Part shown: positions 1 to 10,370 of the stretch, one piece after another
Position numbering within the stretch: the stretch's first letter is position 1
Layout: every line of letters starts with the position of its first letter
NCBI GenBank assembly: GCA_963702005.1
Contig: OY969696.1
Coordinates: 2,176,001-2,240,000, forward strand
DNA from: Candidatus Aminicenantes bacterium
Lineage (GTDB): Bacteria; Acidobacteriota; Aminicenantia; Aminicenantales; JAFGBC01
Reading direction: 5' to 3'
DNA: 64,000 nucleotides
Position numbers and translations under genes: made by a program
The notes under the pieces: model-generated
Databases searched by the model: none
The model's input: only the letters and a program-made list of their open reading frames with translations
What the model was told of the DNA's origin: nothing

Positions 1-179
1 GAGGGATCCTCCTTAGCCCCGCTTCCTTTTCCTTTCAACCTTGGCGCCTCGCCAGCCAGCTAAATTTATTTTTCCCTCCGAAAATACAAAGCTCCTGGTG
101 GCGGTGGCCTTTTCTCGAGCCGTGTCTAAATGGTTGTTCGGGACGGGGCGTATAATACATAAACGCGGGTTTTTATGTC

Positions 180-1775
180 ATGCGGAATAAGTCGAACCCG
201 AGGCTGACAAACGTCCCATCCGCTCTTGAGTTGACCCTGGCCACGGTCATGATCCTGGCGGCGGCGGCCTGCAGCCGGGTCGGCACGCCCCGCCAGGCGC
301 CCGACCGGCGACAAGACCAGGTCTTGCTGGAAGAAGCGAACCGACTCAAGGAGCGGGCCAGCTTCGTCTCGCTGAAGAAGGCCTTCGCTCTTTTTGAAGG
401 CCTGTCGACCCGGCCGTCTCTTCGGGACGCAGCGCTGGTTCCTTACTTGGAAACGTCTCTCCTGCTGGCCGTCCGCGGCAAGGACCTGGGGATCGGCGAT
501 TCCGTTCCCCTCGCTGTCGCCGAGCGGCTCATCCGGGGCCATCGCGTCCTCTCCCGATTCCGGCCGTTTTTCGATATCGCCGTCCTCCTTCCGGTCAAAA
601 CCAAGGGCGTCCTAACCGACATCGACAACAAGTTCAGCTGGGTACGGTTGGGGGAGGATCTTCAACCTCAGGAGCCCTTGATCAGACAAATGGCCGCTAC
701 CGACGAGTTCGCGGCCTATCTTTATGCGGCTTGGATCTGCGACCGTTTCGATTACGGGAAAATCGAGAGCCTTGCCGAAATCTTCGCCCGTTATCCGGCC
801 TCGAAGCCCCTCCTTTACAAAGCCGCGACCTCGATCCAATCCGTCGACTCGGCCGCCCTCCGGAAGCTCATCGACCTTGATCCGGAGTTCTACGAAGCCC
901 ATTATTACTTGGGACAGGCGGCTTTGGAAAAAGGCCTGCTTCTCGAATCCGAGACCGAGTTCCTGAAATCCTACGCTGGGATCCCGGAATCTCCCGAAAC
1001 CCGGATCCTCCTGGCCAGCATTTATTTCGCGACCGAGGAGACCGAGAAGAGCCTCGAATTCTACGAAAGGACCCTCGAGATCGCGCCCGAGTACCGGGAC
1101 GCCATCCTGGGCAAGGCCATCTGTTTGTCTTCCCTGGGCCGGAACGCCGAAGCCATCGCCGTCCTGGAGAAAAACCTGTCCCTCGGCTATTGGCTCCTGG
1201 GCGAGACTCATTTCTGGCTGGCCTGGAACTGGCATGAGCTTAAGGACAACGCCAAGGCCGCCGTCCATATCGAGGAGGCCAAGAGCCGCCTGGGGACGGC
1301 CAGCGAGGTCTTCAGCCTGTCCGGGACAATCCAGCTCGAACTCGGGGACTCGGGCCGGGCCGAAAGAGATTTCAGGGAGGCGCTCAACTTTAACGGTGTC
1401 AATACCGAAGCCCTGCTCGGGCTCGGCCAGCTGTTCGCCAAGAGAGAGATCTGGGCCGAGTCGGGCGAATGGTATCTGAAGGCCGGAAACGCCTGCGAAG
1501 CGACGGCGGAGGCGGTCAGGATCAAGATCAGCGAGATCGAGGATTCCAGCCTCCCTCCGGACCGGAAAAACGCGCTCCTCAAGAAGAAAAGGGCCCAGCT
1601 CGAAGGCCATCTCCAGTCCCGGGCCATGGCGTTCTACCTGGCCGCCGCGACCCTCGCCAACGCCGGCCGGACGGCGGACGCGCTAGGGGCGGCCGAAAAG
1701 GCGGCCGGCCACCCTCTCTATAAGCAAAAAGCCGATGAGCTCGCGGCCAAGATCAAGTCCATGAGGGAGAGATAA
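180..1775 (+). CDS. Tetratricopeptide-repeat lipoprotein
   Basis: Hydrophobic stretch with lipobox-like LAAAAC, then many TPR-like helical repeats (EAHYYLGQAALEKG, EALLGLGQLF); true start may be slightly downstream. Confidence 0.8.
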   Translation: MRNKSNPRLTNVPSALELTLATVMILAAAACSRVGTPRQAPDRRQDQVLLEEANRLKERASFVSLKKAFALFEGLSTRPSLRDAALVPYLETSLLLAVRGKDLGIGDSVPLAVAERLIRGHRVLSRFRPFFDIAVLLPVKTKGVLTDIDNKFSWVRLGEDLQPQEPLIRQMAATDEFAAYLYAAWICDRFDYGKIESLAEIFARYPASKPLLYKAATSIQSVDSAALRKLIDLDPEFYEAHYYLGQAALEKGLLLESETEFLKSYAGIPESPETRILLASIYFATEETEKSLEFYERTLEIAPEYRDAILGKAICLSSLGRNAEAIAVLEKNLSLGYWLLGETHFWLAWNWHELKDNAKAAVHIEEAKSRLGTASEVFSLSGTIQLELGDSGRAERDFREALNFNGVNTEALLGLGQLFAKREIWAESGEWYLKAGNACEATAEAVRIKISEIEDSSLPPDRKNALLKKKRAQLEGHLQSRAMAFYLAAATLANAGRTADALGAAEKAAGHPLYKQKADELAAKIKSMRER

Positions 1776-1819
1776 ACGCGCGGCCGAGGGAGGGCGTAAT
1801 AATTCACGGAATCGGAAAC

Positions 1820-2380
1820 ATGGAAGCCGTGGACGAACGGACCCTCGTCGAGCGCGGTCTGCTCGGAGAGGCCGAGGAGTTCAAGAAGATCGTGGACGCC
1901 TACAGCCCGCCGCTCTTGGCCCTGGCCCTCAACATCCTGGGGAACAGGGAGGACGCCGAGGACGCCTGCCAGGAGACGTTTCTGAGGGCTTTTCATCACA
2001 GGGATTCCTTCGACGTCGAACGAAGCCTCAGGAACTGGCTGATGACCATCCTTTATCGGCGCTGTCTGGATCACCTCAAGAAAAGGAAGCGCTTCAGGGG
2101 CTTCGTCAACCGGTCGGCCTGGAATTCGCCGAATCCCGTCCACAGACTCCCGGCCGCTCCCGATCCCGGTCCGAAGCCGCTGCCGCCCCGGCTCCTCGAG
2201 TTTCTGACCCCGCGGGAAAGGACGGCCCTTTCGCTCTGGGCGAATGAGGACTATACGGCCGAAGAGATCGCCCGGGTCATCGCCTGCTCGGCGAGCACGG
2301 CCCGCGTCTACCTCTTCAACGCCCGCAAGAAGATCAAGGCTTTTCTGGAGAAGGACCATGTGGCGATGCAAACTCGTTGA
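1820..2380 (+). CDS. ECF RNA polymerase sigma factor (sigma-70 family)
   Basis: Region 2 (DAEDACQETFLRAF, WLMTI) and region 4 HTH (TAEEIARVIACSASTARVYLFNARKK). Confidence 0.92.
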   Translation: MEAVDERTLVERGLLGEAEEFKKIVDAYSPPLLALALNILGNREDAEDACQETFLRAFHHRDSFDVERSLRNWLMTILYRRCLDHLKKRKRFRGFVNRSAWNSPNPVHRLPAAPDPGPKPLPPRLLEFLTPRERTALSLWANEDYTAEEIARVIACSASTARVYLFNARKKIKAFLEKDHVAMQTR

Positions 2381-2834
2381 CATCCTGGACCGCCTTGTTC
2401 CATTGAAGGCCTGGCGGGGCTATCTGATCGAGAAACACCGGGAACGTTGTCCCCGCTGCCTGGCGCTTCTGGCCAGCCGCGAAGAAGCCCGGCGGTTTCT
2501 GGTCCGGGCCGATGATGTCGTCCCGGGCTTGGACCTCTGGCCGTCTCTCCGGAAGGCGCTCGCCCGAACGCAGCCTCTCGGCGGGCCCGCGGCCGCCGTT
2601 CCGGCCTTTGTCCGGAAGCGGGCGCTCGCCCTTGCCGGAGCGGTCCTGTTGGCCGTTTTCGGCCTCTGGTTTCTCAGGTCCGGGATCTCGGTCCGGACGG
2701 ACCGGACCGCGGCCTCTTCGGACGATGGATTCAAGATCAACTACATCCGGATCGGAGGCGAGCCGGCCACGGCTTATATCTATCAGCCCAAGGGGACGGA
2801 CATGGTCGTCGTCTGGGCGGAGAGGAATCCATGA
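2358..2834 (+). CDS. Putative zinc-binding (ZAS) membrane anti-sigma factor
   Basis: HxxxCxxC (HRERCPRC), one TM helix; ATG at 2358 overlaps the end of the sigma gene. Confidence 0.75.
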   Translation: MWRCKLVDILDRLVPLKAWRGYLIEKHRERCPRCLALLASREEARRFLVRADDVVPGLDLWPSLRKALARTQPLGGPAAAVPAFVRKRALALAGAVLLAVFGLWFLRSGISVRTDRTAASSDDGFKINYIRIGGEPATAYIYQPKGTDMVVVWAERNP

Positions 2835-2857
2835 CTATAATTTTAGGAGGCGGTGAT

Positions 2858-4552
2858 ATGAATAAAAACAAAAAAGGAAAACTGCTGGGAATGATCTTCC
2901 TGCTGGCCGCGGCCGGGAGCTTGGCCGCCGTCGAGCCGGGACAGGATCTCGGAATGGCCGTAAGGCTCGGCCAATGGGAGATGAAGCTCAGGGTTTTCGA
3001 AGGCGTCAAAGAGGGAGCCGTCGAGCCGACCAAGGTCGTCACGGCCTCCTTCCTGAAATACACCTTCTCGGCTACGATCGAATCCGAGCTCGAGCTGGAG
3101 GCGGAACGGGAGCAGGTCCGAAAGGTCTTCAACCTCAAGGAGGTCCGGCTCCTGACCGAGTCCGAGCTGAGCTGGAGGGAAGGCTTGCCCGAGACGGTCG
3201 CCCAGGTTTTTCGCCTGGATCATAAAGAGTACCAGGTCCGGATGACGACGGCGCGGGTGGTGGGCCGGATGCCCTTCCGGATCGAAGTCTTTGAGCAGGG
3301 CGAGAAGGAAAAGGTGAGCCTCCTGGACACGGAGTTCAACCTGACCAAGACCAAGAAAAATTTCGTCGTGTTCGGGTTTGAGAACAGCCAGGGACAACCT
3401 TATTTTATCTCGCTCCGCATCCTCGGTTTCATGCCCAGCGAGGCGAAAAAGGGCGAGCCGGTTAAAGCCGTAGGTACGATCCAATCCCCCAAGCTTGTTA
3501 AAATGGTCAACCCCGCCTATCCCGAGGAGGCTAAAAAAGCCGGGGTTGAGGGCATCGTCATTCTCGAAGCCACGACCAACGAGGATGGACGCGTCGTCGA
3601 CGCCAAGGTCCTAAAATCCCTCGATCCGGCTCTCGACCAGGCCGCGCTGGATGCCGTTAAGCAGTGGGTCTACGAGCCGAAGGTCATTGACGGGAAGCGC
3701 CGGGGGATCACGTTCACCGCGACGGTGAGATTTGCTCTCGACAAAGGTAAATCTACGAAGGGCGGAGTCGAGAGCGGAGTTAAGGGCGGCGTTGAAGGGG
3801 GCGTTGTCGGGGGCGTTTTAGGCGGCGTCGGGAAAGAGGAAATCCAAAAGAAGCTCGACGAATTCGCGAAGGGCGCCGTCCCCTGCAAAGGCGATATCAA
3901 GCCTCCCAAACTTCTCAAAGAAGTTCTCCCCGTCTATCCCGAAGAGGCCAGGAAGAATGGCATCGAGGGCATCGTCATCCTCTCGGCCAGGACGGATGAA
4001 TACGGCCGCGTCGCGGATACGTTCATCCTTAGGTCCATCCCCGCGCTGGATGAGGCCGCTCAAACCGCGGTCAAACAATGGGTCTACGAGCCGATGCTGA
4101 TCAACGGGAAGGCGACGCCAGTCCTCTTCACCGTGACCGTCCGCTTTCAGTTGGATGGGAAGGGCAAGAAAGGATCGGCCGAGACCGCGTTGAGCATAAT
4201 GACGGCCGAGGATGCTGTTAAAAAGGAGCTCCTGACCGACTCCGAGCTCCGGGACTTCGCTCAGGGCGCGGTCGTCGTCAAGGGCGACGCCGAGATGCCC
4301 AAAAAGGTCCACTCCGTCTCTCCCCAATACCCCCATAAGGCCATGATAAACAGAGTCGAGGGCGTCGTGATCTTGCTCGTGAAGATCGACGCGCAGGGCA
4401 ACGTGGTCGCTCAGAAAACGATACTCTCCATTCCCGTCCTGGACCAGGGCGCGATCGATGCCGTCAAACAATGGAAATATGAACCCCTCATGAAGGACGG
4501 CAAACCCGTTCCCGCCGTCTTCCCGGTGACGGTCGCCTTCAAATTGATATAG
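2858..4552 (+). CDS. Exported protein with three TonB C-terminal domains
   Basis: AGGAGG before ATG 2858, signal peptide, three YP..A....EGxV..D.AA..AVKQW.YEP repeats, GGV-rich linker. Confidence 0.85.
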   Translation: MNKNKKGKLLGMIFLLAAAGSLAAVEPGQDLGMAVRLGQWEMKLRVFEGVKEGAVEPTKVVTASFLKYTFSATIESELELEAEREQVRKVFNLKEVRLLTESELSWREGLPETVAQVFRLDHKEYQVRMTTARVVGRMPFRIEVFEQGEKEKVSLLDTEFNLTKTKKNFVVFGFENSQGQPYFISLRILGFMPSEAKKGEPVKAVGTIQSPKLVKMVNPAYPEEAKKAGVEGIVILEATTNEDGRVVDAKVLKSLDPALDQAALDAVKQWVYEPKVIDGKRRGITFTATVRFALDKGKSTKGGVESGVKGGVEGGVVGGVLGGVGKEEIQKKLDEFAKGAVPCKGDIKPPKLLKEVLPVYPEEARKNGIEGIVILSARTDEYGRVADTFILRSIPALDEAAQTAVKQWVYEPMLINGKATPVLFTVTVRFQLDGKGKKGSAETALSIMTAEDAVKKELLTDSELRDFAQGAVVVKGDAEMPKKVHSVSPQYPHKAMINRVEGVVILLVKIDAQGNVVAQKTILSIPVLDQGAIDAVKQWKYEPLMKDGKPVPAVFPVTVAFKLI

Positions 4553-5380
4553 CTATGAGCCGAGCAGGCTGTGGGGAATAAGGTAGACTAAAAGCGTCGC
4601 GATCGAAGCGGCCAGGATCCATCCCCTGGCCGGCCGGCTTTTCCGCCCCGCGACGAGAGCCGCGGCCCAGAGGCCGATGATGGCCAGGGTTTTTGTGTCG
4701 GTGAGGTCGTTTCCCAAAGGCAATCCGGTCCAGAAGGCGCCGAAGGCCAGTTTTTGTACAATCGGACCGAGAATCATTCCGCCCGCGAATAGGAGCCCAA
4801 ACGCCCGGATCGCGAAGGCGCGCGCTTTCCGGCCGCGCGCCGCCGCTTCCAGGCCGGCCCGGGTCGAGAAGATCATGCCCGCGAACATGATCAGGACGTG
4901 GGCGATGAGGACGGCGGCCGGAACGGCGCCCTTGAAACGGATGACGACAGCCGTTTCACCGCTGAGCGAGGTCTCACGTCCCTCCCGCGACAGGATGACC
5001 CGGTATTCGAGCTTGCCCGTCCGAGGCTGCTTGGGCAGAAGTCCCGTCAAGAACTCGCCCCGCCTGTCCATTGAAACGACGAGAGGCGGCTTAGCGCTCC
5101 CCAGGGGCTTGAACTCGAGACGTCCGGACACGGCCGGATCCGGGACGCGGACATGGATCTCGAAGTCGCGGACCGATCCCGCGCTCCGGGGGAGACGGAA
5201 GGAGACGGCCCCGGCCCCGATCACGGCTTGGCCCCGGACGGGATAAGTGGGTCCCGTCACGCGCTGGTAGAAGGCCGAACCGATCGTGATCAGCCCGGCC
5301 AGGAGCCAAAGCGCGGTTGTTTTAATGGCGGTCCCTTTCCTTTCCGGTCGTTCGTCGGCCGAGGTGATCCGCAACGCCAC
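4553..5380 (-). CDS. Hypothetical membrane protein
   Basis: N-terminal TM, soluble beta-rich domain, 4 C-terminal TM helices. Confidence 0.65.
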   Translation of the reverse strand: MALRITSADERPERKGTAIKTTALWLLAGLITIGSAFYQRVTGPTYPVRGQAVIGAGAVSFRLPRSAGSVRDFEIHVRVPDPAVSGRLEFKPLGSAKPPLVVSMDRRGEFLTGLLPKQPRTGKLEYRVILSREGRETSLSGETAVVIRFKGAVPAAVLIAHVLIMFAGMIFSTRAGLEAAARGRKARAFAIRAFGLLFAGGMILGPIVQKLAFGAFWTGLPLGNDLTDTKTLAIIGLWAAALVAGRKSRPARGWILAASIATLLVYLIPHSLLGS

Positions 5381-5392
5381 GGGGCTCCCGCC

Positions 5393-6091
5393 TCAGTTCT
5401 TGATCTCGACGTTTCCGAACACGGCCGTCGCCTTGAGATAAAGAGTGGCGGTGGTCCCAGACTCCTGCGGCGCGCTCCTCCGGTCGTGAATACCGCCCAG
5501 GATCGGGGTGCCGGCCAGGACGACTTTCCAGTTTTTAGGAACCCGGACTTCGACCCCGCCGAAAACGGCCGTCAGCTCGACCGTCGCCTGGTCCGCGCCC
5601 AGGGCGGCCGGCGTGAAGTCGAGCTCCACTGAACCGAACACGGCCGTCGCCTCCCCGCCCTTGAAGGCCTTGGATTCGATCCGTCGGCGCAGGGTGGTGA
5701 ACACGGCCGTGGCGTCCAGGTCGTCCTCCTTGATCTCCGGAAAACCACCTCCGCCCGAGCCGCGCAGAGCGGGCTTGAGGATGATCCACAATCCGAGGAC
5801 GATGATGGCCAGCGGCCAGACGTAGTGCCAGAAGTGATGGTCGAGGATGCCGAGCTCGAAAAGGAGGAAAACCGCCCCGAACAGGATGAAGAACATACCC
5901 GAGCCGACGTCGCGGAATCCGCTGTTGATGAGGATGGAGAATCCGATCAGGATGAAGATGACGGGCCAGTAATGCCCGATGATCTCGCCGAAATCCAGCT
6001 CTCCCATCTGGTCGAGCAGAAAAAGGAGGCCGAGGATGATGAGGAGCAGCCCCCAGAAGATCCGTCCCGATCCGTGGCGATGGTGGCTCAT
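5393..6091 (-). CDS. LiaF-like cell envelope stress membrane protein
   Basis: 4 TM helices (RIFWGLLLIILG..WPVIFI) plus C-terminal repeats ATAVFGSVELDF/TAVFGGVEVRVP; ATG at 6091 after GGAGG. Confidence 0.8.
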   Translation of the reverse strand: MSHHRHGSGRIFWGLLLIILGLLFLLDQMGELDFGEIIGHYWPVIFILIGFSILINSGFRDVGSGMFFILFGAVFLLFELGILDHHFWHYVWPLAIIVLGLWIILKPALRGSGGGGFPEIKEDDLDATAVFTTLRRRIESKAFKGGEATAVFGSVELDFTPAALGADQATVELTAVFGGVEVRVPKNWKVVLAGTPILGGIHDRRSAPQESGTTATLYLKATAVFGNVEIKN

Positions 6092-6176
6092 GGTGTCCCT
6101 CCCTGTCAAGGAATTTATATCACAACATCTATACGTATAGAAACTGCCGGGGTTGATCTCCGTCATCCCCCCGCCG

Positions 6177-6222
6177 AAAAGAAAAGAAAGGCCGGAGCGA
6201 AGAAGTCTTATGCTCCGGCCTT
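6177..6222 (-). terminator. Rho-independent terminator after the SDR gene
   Basis: 11-bp inverted repeat aaggccggagc (6188-6198)/gctccggcctt (6212-6222) followed on the minus strand by a T-rich tail. Confidence 0.65.
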
Positions 6223-6223
6223 A

Positions 6224-7015
6224 TTAGAGCCGGCGGATGTTCATGCCGCCGCTGACCTCGATGACGGCCCCCGTCGAGTAGGCGAACCCGCCCGTCGCCA
6301 ACCCGGCCACGGCCTTGGCGACGTCCTCGGGCTCCCCCCAGCGGCCTTGCGGGACGAAGCCTTCGGCGATCAGCCGGTCGTACTTCTCTTTGACGGGTTC
6401 GGTCATGTCGGTCCGGATGAGGCCGGGCCGCACTTCATAGACATTGATATTCCGCCCCGCCAGCCGGTCGGCGAACAGGGAGGCCGTTTGGCTCAGGGCG
6501 GCCTTGGATACGCAGTACTCGGGGCGCGAGGGAGACGAGACGACCGCCGAGATCGAGGTGATGAAGATGATGGAGAGCGGGCCGGTTTCCCCGGCTTCGC
6601 GCCGCTTGATCATCTCCCGGGCGATCCGCTGCGAGAGGAAGAAGGCGCCCCGGGCGTTGACGGCCATGACCCGGTCGTAGCTTTCGGGCGGCGTCTCGAG
6701 GAGGTCCGTTCGCCGCTCGGGCGCGATCCCCGCGTTGTTGACGAGGACGTCGATCCGTCCATAGGCGTCGAGGACCTGACCGACGAGGCGTTCCTGGTCG
6801 GCGAGCGACGAGATGTCGCCGGGCGCGGCAAAGAATCGGGCGCCCAGGCTTTCGACCCGCTCTTTGACCTCGAGTAATCCTCGGCTCCGATTGTCCGGCT
6901 TGGAGATGATATCGTTGGCCGCGATATCGTATCCATGGCGGGCGAGCTCGAGGACGATGGCGCGGCCGATGCCGCGTCCCGCTCCCGTCGTTAAAGCCAC
7001 CGGTTTGGAATTCAT
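6224..7015 (-). CDS. Short-chain dehydrogenase/reductase (3-ketoacyl-ACP reductase-like)
   Basis: TGAGRGIG, NNAG and YCVSK motifs. Confidence 0.92.
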   Translation of the reverse strand: MNSKPVALTTGAGRGIGRAIVLELARHGYDIAANDIISKPDNRSRGLLEVKERVESLGARFFAAPGDISSLADQERLVGQVLDAYGRIDVLVNNAGIAPERRTDLLETPPESYDRVMAVNARGAFFLSQRIAREMIKRREAGETGPLSIIFITSISAVVSSPSRPEYCVSKAALSQTASLFADRLAGRNINVYEVRPGLIRTDMTEPVKEKYDRLIAEGFVPQGRWGEPEDVAKAVAGLATGGFAYSTGAVIEVSGGMNIRRL

Positions 7016-9030
7016 CCTTCCTCCTTGATGATCCGGTCCGCCCGGAAGTCTTTCCAGACCTTCTCGAACCAGGGATCGGTCTTGGGCACGGGACGCGTCT
7101 CTCTCCAGGCCTTGCGGACGCGGCCCTTTTCGTCCAGGCCGATCTCAAGAATCCTGCCGCTCACGAAATCCCCGGACTCGCTCAGCTCGAACCGCCAGCG
7201 GTCCTCGATCGTCGGGCAGGGCTTTTCTCCCTTCGGCCCCGGGACAAGGTAGGAGCCGCGGCTCCGGCCCCCTTTCTCCAAGTATTCCCGGATGGCTTCG
7301 AGGTAGAGGGCGTGGGTCAGGGCCAGGTCCTTGAGGCGGAACACGGCCGCCAGCGCAGCGCGGTTCGGGACGGCCATCTCGTTTGCGACCCGCCCGACCA
7401 GGTCCCAGGCCTTCCGGCTTTCTCGGGAGACCTGGGTCGGGTCTCGGACCATGGCGCCGCAGGCCGACATCCGCTCTTGGAGCTCGGCCAGGGCCGTCCG
7501 AGGAGAAAGGGCGCGGCCGGGCTTTCGGGCTAAGGCCGATTCCGCGAAAGCAATCGTCTCCGAAATGCGGGGCGAGGCCAAGGCCAGGAAAGCTTTGAGC
7601 GGCGGCGGCCGCTTCCGATAGCGCCGAGCGACAAACTGGGCGGCCCGCAGGCTCCCGACCTGGCCGGCGTTAAGGGCCGAACCCCCCGGCCGGGTCACGC
7701 CGTGGCTGCCGTTGACCTCTCCGATCGGAAAAAAATGCCGGAGGTTCGATTCCCACCAAAGATTTCCCTTGAAGCCTCCGTTGTTGTGCTGGGCGCAGAC
7801 CCCGATCTCGAGAGGCTCGCGGCCGAGGTCGATGTCGTGCGCCCGAAACAGGTCGACCGCCGGCCGGTTCAGGCGACGAAGCCTGGCGATGGGCGTCGAC
7901 CGGAGGGCGTCCGACCTTTCGAGATAGGTCCGCGCCTCCTCGGCCAGAAGATCGAGGGAAAAATCCGCGAGCCTCCCGGCCCCCGACGGGTTCCGCGTGT
8001 AGTCGAGGAAAACCCGGCGCCCTTTTTCGATTCGCTCCCGATGGACGAGGAGGTCGATAAGCGAAGATCCGAAGGACGCGATCTTGCGCGGATCGAACGG
8101 CCACTCGTATCCTTTGCGAAAGATGGCCGAGGCGAGCGTCTCCATATCCGGGAAATGGTCGTTGAGGAACTCGCGCTCATCCCCGCCCCGACGGTCGGTC
8201 GAGACGTAGCGGGGAATTACCTGTTGGTAGCTTCCGGACAGGTTCCAGCGGAATTTGAGAGAGGCCATCCCGTACTGGGACTCCGTCAGGTTCTGGGCCA
8301 GGGCGCCCGCCTCGAAGGCCAGGCCGTGGGAGCCCGCTTGGCCGCGCGGATAGACCGAATCCCGATAGATCCCGGCGGGACCGCCCGTGGCCAGGACGAC
8401 GTTGACGGCGTTATAGAGGATGAGTCCGAAAGTCCGCGACGCGCTCTGGCCGAGGTCGATCGCGACGGCGCCGGCAACCCTCTTCTCCTTGCCTCGTCCG
8501 CAAGTCAGGAGCGCGACGGCCTGGTGCCGGTCGAAAACCCGGATTCTTTTTCGGTCCACTTCGCGAGCGAGAGCCTCCCACATCAGGCGCGAGGTCAGGG
8601 GGCCGGCCGACGTCGCCCGCTGCCTCGGGTCGTTGTCGGTCTTATAGCCGACATAGGCGCCGAAGGCGTCATGCGGGAAGGGAACGCCGAGCCGGACGAG
8701 ATGAAAGAAGGCCCGAAGCGAGTTCAAGGCTTCGCAGAGGGCGATATCGCCGTGCATGGACCCCCCGGCCGCCAGGTCCCGCGCCATCTCGAAAGGTGAA
8801 TCGGGGACGTCGCCGGCCAGCGAGAGCTTATAGTAAGTCTGCTTGTCCGATCCGGCGTTACGGGAGGTCCCTGCCGTCCAGCGCTCGGTCAGGATCGCGA
8901 TATCCCGCTGCCCTTCCTCGTGGAGGCCGACGGCCGCGTTGAGGGCGGCCGCGCCGCTCCCGATGATGAGGGTGTTGAGAGAATGAACCGGGAAGGTCCG
9001 GCCCCCGATCCTGACTCGTCCGGTTGTCAT
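7012..9030 (-). CDS. FAD-binding oxidoreductase, succinate dehydrogenase/fumarate reductase flavoprotein-like
   Basis: IIGSGAAAL, VVLATGG, QHNNGG, GEVNGSHG..RPGGSAL. Confidence 0.8.
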   Translation of the reverse strand: MTTGRVRIGGRTFPVHSLNTLIIGSGAAALNAAVGLHEEGQRDIAILTERWTAGTSRNAGSDKQTYYKLSLAGDVPDSPFEMARDLAAGGSMHGDIALCEALNSLRAFFHLVRLGVPFPHDAFGAYVGYKTDNDPRQRATSAGPLTSRLMWEALAREVDRKRIRVFDRHQAVALLTCGRGKEKRVAGAVAIDLGQSASRTFGLILYNAVNVVLATGGPAGIYRDSVYPRGQAGSHGLAFEAGALAQNLTESQYGMASLKFRWNLSGSYQQVIPRYVSTDRRGGDEREFLNDHFPDMETLASAIFRKGYEWPFDPRKIASFGSSLIDLLVHRERIEKGRRVFLDYTRNPSGAGRLADFSLDLLAEEARTYLERSDALRSTPIARLRRLNRPAVDLFRAHDIDLGREPLEIGVCAQHNNGGFKGNLWWESNLRHFFPIGEVNGSHGVTRPGGSALNAGQVGSLRAAQFVARRYRKRPPPLKAFLALASPRISETIAFAESALARKPGRALSPRTALAELQERMSACGAMVRDPTQVSRESRKAWDLVGRVANEMAVPNRAALAAVFRLKDLALTHALYLEAIREYLEKGGRSRGSYLVPGPKGEKPCPTIEDRWRFELSESGDFVSGRILEIGLDEKGRVRKAWRETRPVPKTDPWFEKVWKDFRADRIIKEEG

Positions 9031-10316
9031 CTAGTGTCCTTGTTGTCGAACTCCTTGTCCTCTCCCTCTTTGAGGCTGAAGGGAATCCGCTCCCCGCCGA
9101 TCTCGATCGCGTAGTTGCCGGGAGGGAGCGGGATCCAATCCATGGTGTTGCTGACCGAGCCGACGACCTCCCCCGACGCGTTGAAGATCTTATGTCCCCT
9201 GTAGTCGGCCCGCTTGACGGTGACCGTGCCCGGGTTTATCTTCGACTCCTGTCCGCCCTTGACTTCGACTTCCCATGGGATGGATCCGAACATGACCAAG
9301 TAGCGCCCCGGCATGAGCGTCGCCGTCGAGTCGAGGCTGCTGACCGTCCCGTGGACGGCCCCGGTCTCGGGGTCGACGATGTCGTGGCCGTGGAGAGAGG
9401 CTTTGGCCATGGAGATCCAGCCCGGCTCAAGGACGGTCGTCTCGCCGGCTTTGACCTCGACGCTTTTCCAGAGGGCCTTTCCGAAGGCGACGTTGTAGAG
9501 GCCGGCCGGGAGGGCGACCGTCGAGCGGATCGAGCTCGCGGTCTCGACGAGTTTCCCGGACTCGGCCTCGGTCACGGCGTGACCGTGGAGGTCGGCGCCC
9601 TTGACCTCGAGCCAGCCCGTTCCTTTCTTTTCGACGACGACGACGGACGCCGTCCTGATGGCTTGGCTCAAAGCGGCGATGAGCTGACCGGCGTCCGCGG
9701 CCCCGAAATAGGCGCCGCCCGTCGCGCGGGCGATGCAGTCGAGCTGACGGCGGGCCGCCTCGTCGACGCCAAACCCGACCGTATGGATGAGGATCTTGGG
9801 GTTGGCCTTGTCCAAAGCCTTGGCGGCCGCGCAGGGATCGCCCTCGCAGGTTTCGATCCCGTCGCTGACGAGGATGATCATCCGTTCGTCGCCGAACGCG
9901 GCGGGGAAATCCTCGGCTGCTTTCTGCAGGACGTAGGTGATGGGCGTGTAGCCCTTGGCCTGGAGGCCGCTGCTCAACGCCAGGATTGTGTCTTTGCTCT
10001 GGGCAAGCGGGCCAAACGGGACGAGGAGCTGCGTGTCCATACAATCATGCTTGTCCTTAGCCGACTGATGGCCATAGGCGCGGAAGGCGATCGTCAATGT
10101 CCCGGGCAACTTTGAGGCCAGCTCGGCCACGGCTTTTTTGGCGGCCTCCAGCTTGGGCTCGCCCGTCGCCAGCTTTCCCGCCATGCTCCCCGATGCGTCG
10201 AGGATGATCTCGATCATCTTTCCGTCGCCGGAAGCCGGGGGATTCGGCTGGGCAAGATCCGCCCAGAGCGGGCTGAGGAGGAAGGCGGCCGAGACCAGGA
10301 TGAATCGTATTTTCAT
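9027..10316 (-). CDS. Exported von Willebrand factor A domain protein with three C-terminal repeats
   Basis: Signal peptide, MIDAS DASGSM, TPI, VSDGIETC; start at 10316 after GGAGG. Confidence 0.85.
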   Translation of the reverse strand: MKIRFILVSAAFLLSPLWADLAQPNPPASGDGKMIEIILDASGSMAGKLATGEPKLEAAKKAVAELASKLPGTLTIAFRAYGHQSAKDKHDCMDTQLLVPFGPLAQSKDTILALSSGLQAKGYTPITYVLQKAAEDFPAAFGDERMIILVSDGIETCEGDPCAAAKALDKANPKILIHTVGFGVDEAARRQLDCIARATGGAYFGAADAGQLIAALSQAIRTASVVVVEKKGTGWLEVKGADLHGHAVTEAESGKLVETASSIRSTVALPAGLYNVAFGKALWKSVEVKAGETTVLEPGWISMAKASLHGHDIVDPETGAVHGTVSSLDSTATLMPGRYLVMFGSIPWEVEVKGGQESKINPGTVTVKRADYRGHKIFNASGEVVGSVSNTMDWIPLPPGNYAIEIGGERIPFSLKEGEDKEFDNKDTR

Positions 10317-10370
10317 GGGACCCTCCATAAGAAAGGATTATCCCAAAGCGGCCGGAAAATCAACAGGGCG

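Noticed and set aside
3760-3832. GGV-repeat low-complexity tract
   Set aside because: Ordinary Gly/Val linker seen in TonB-family proteins
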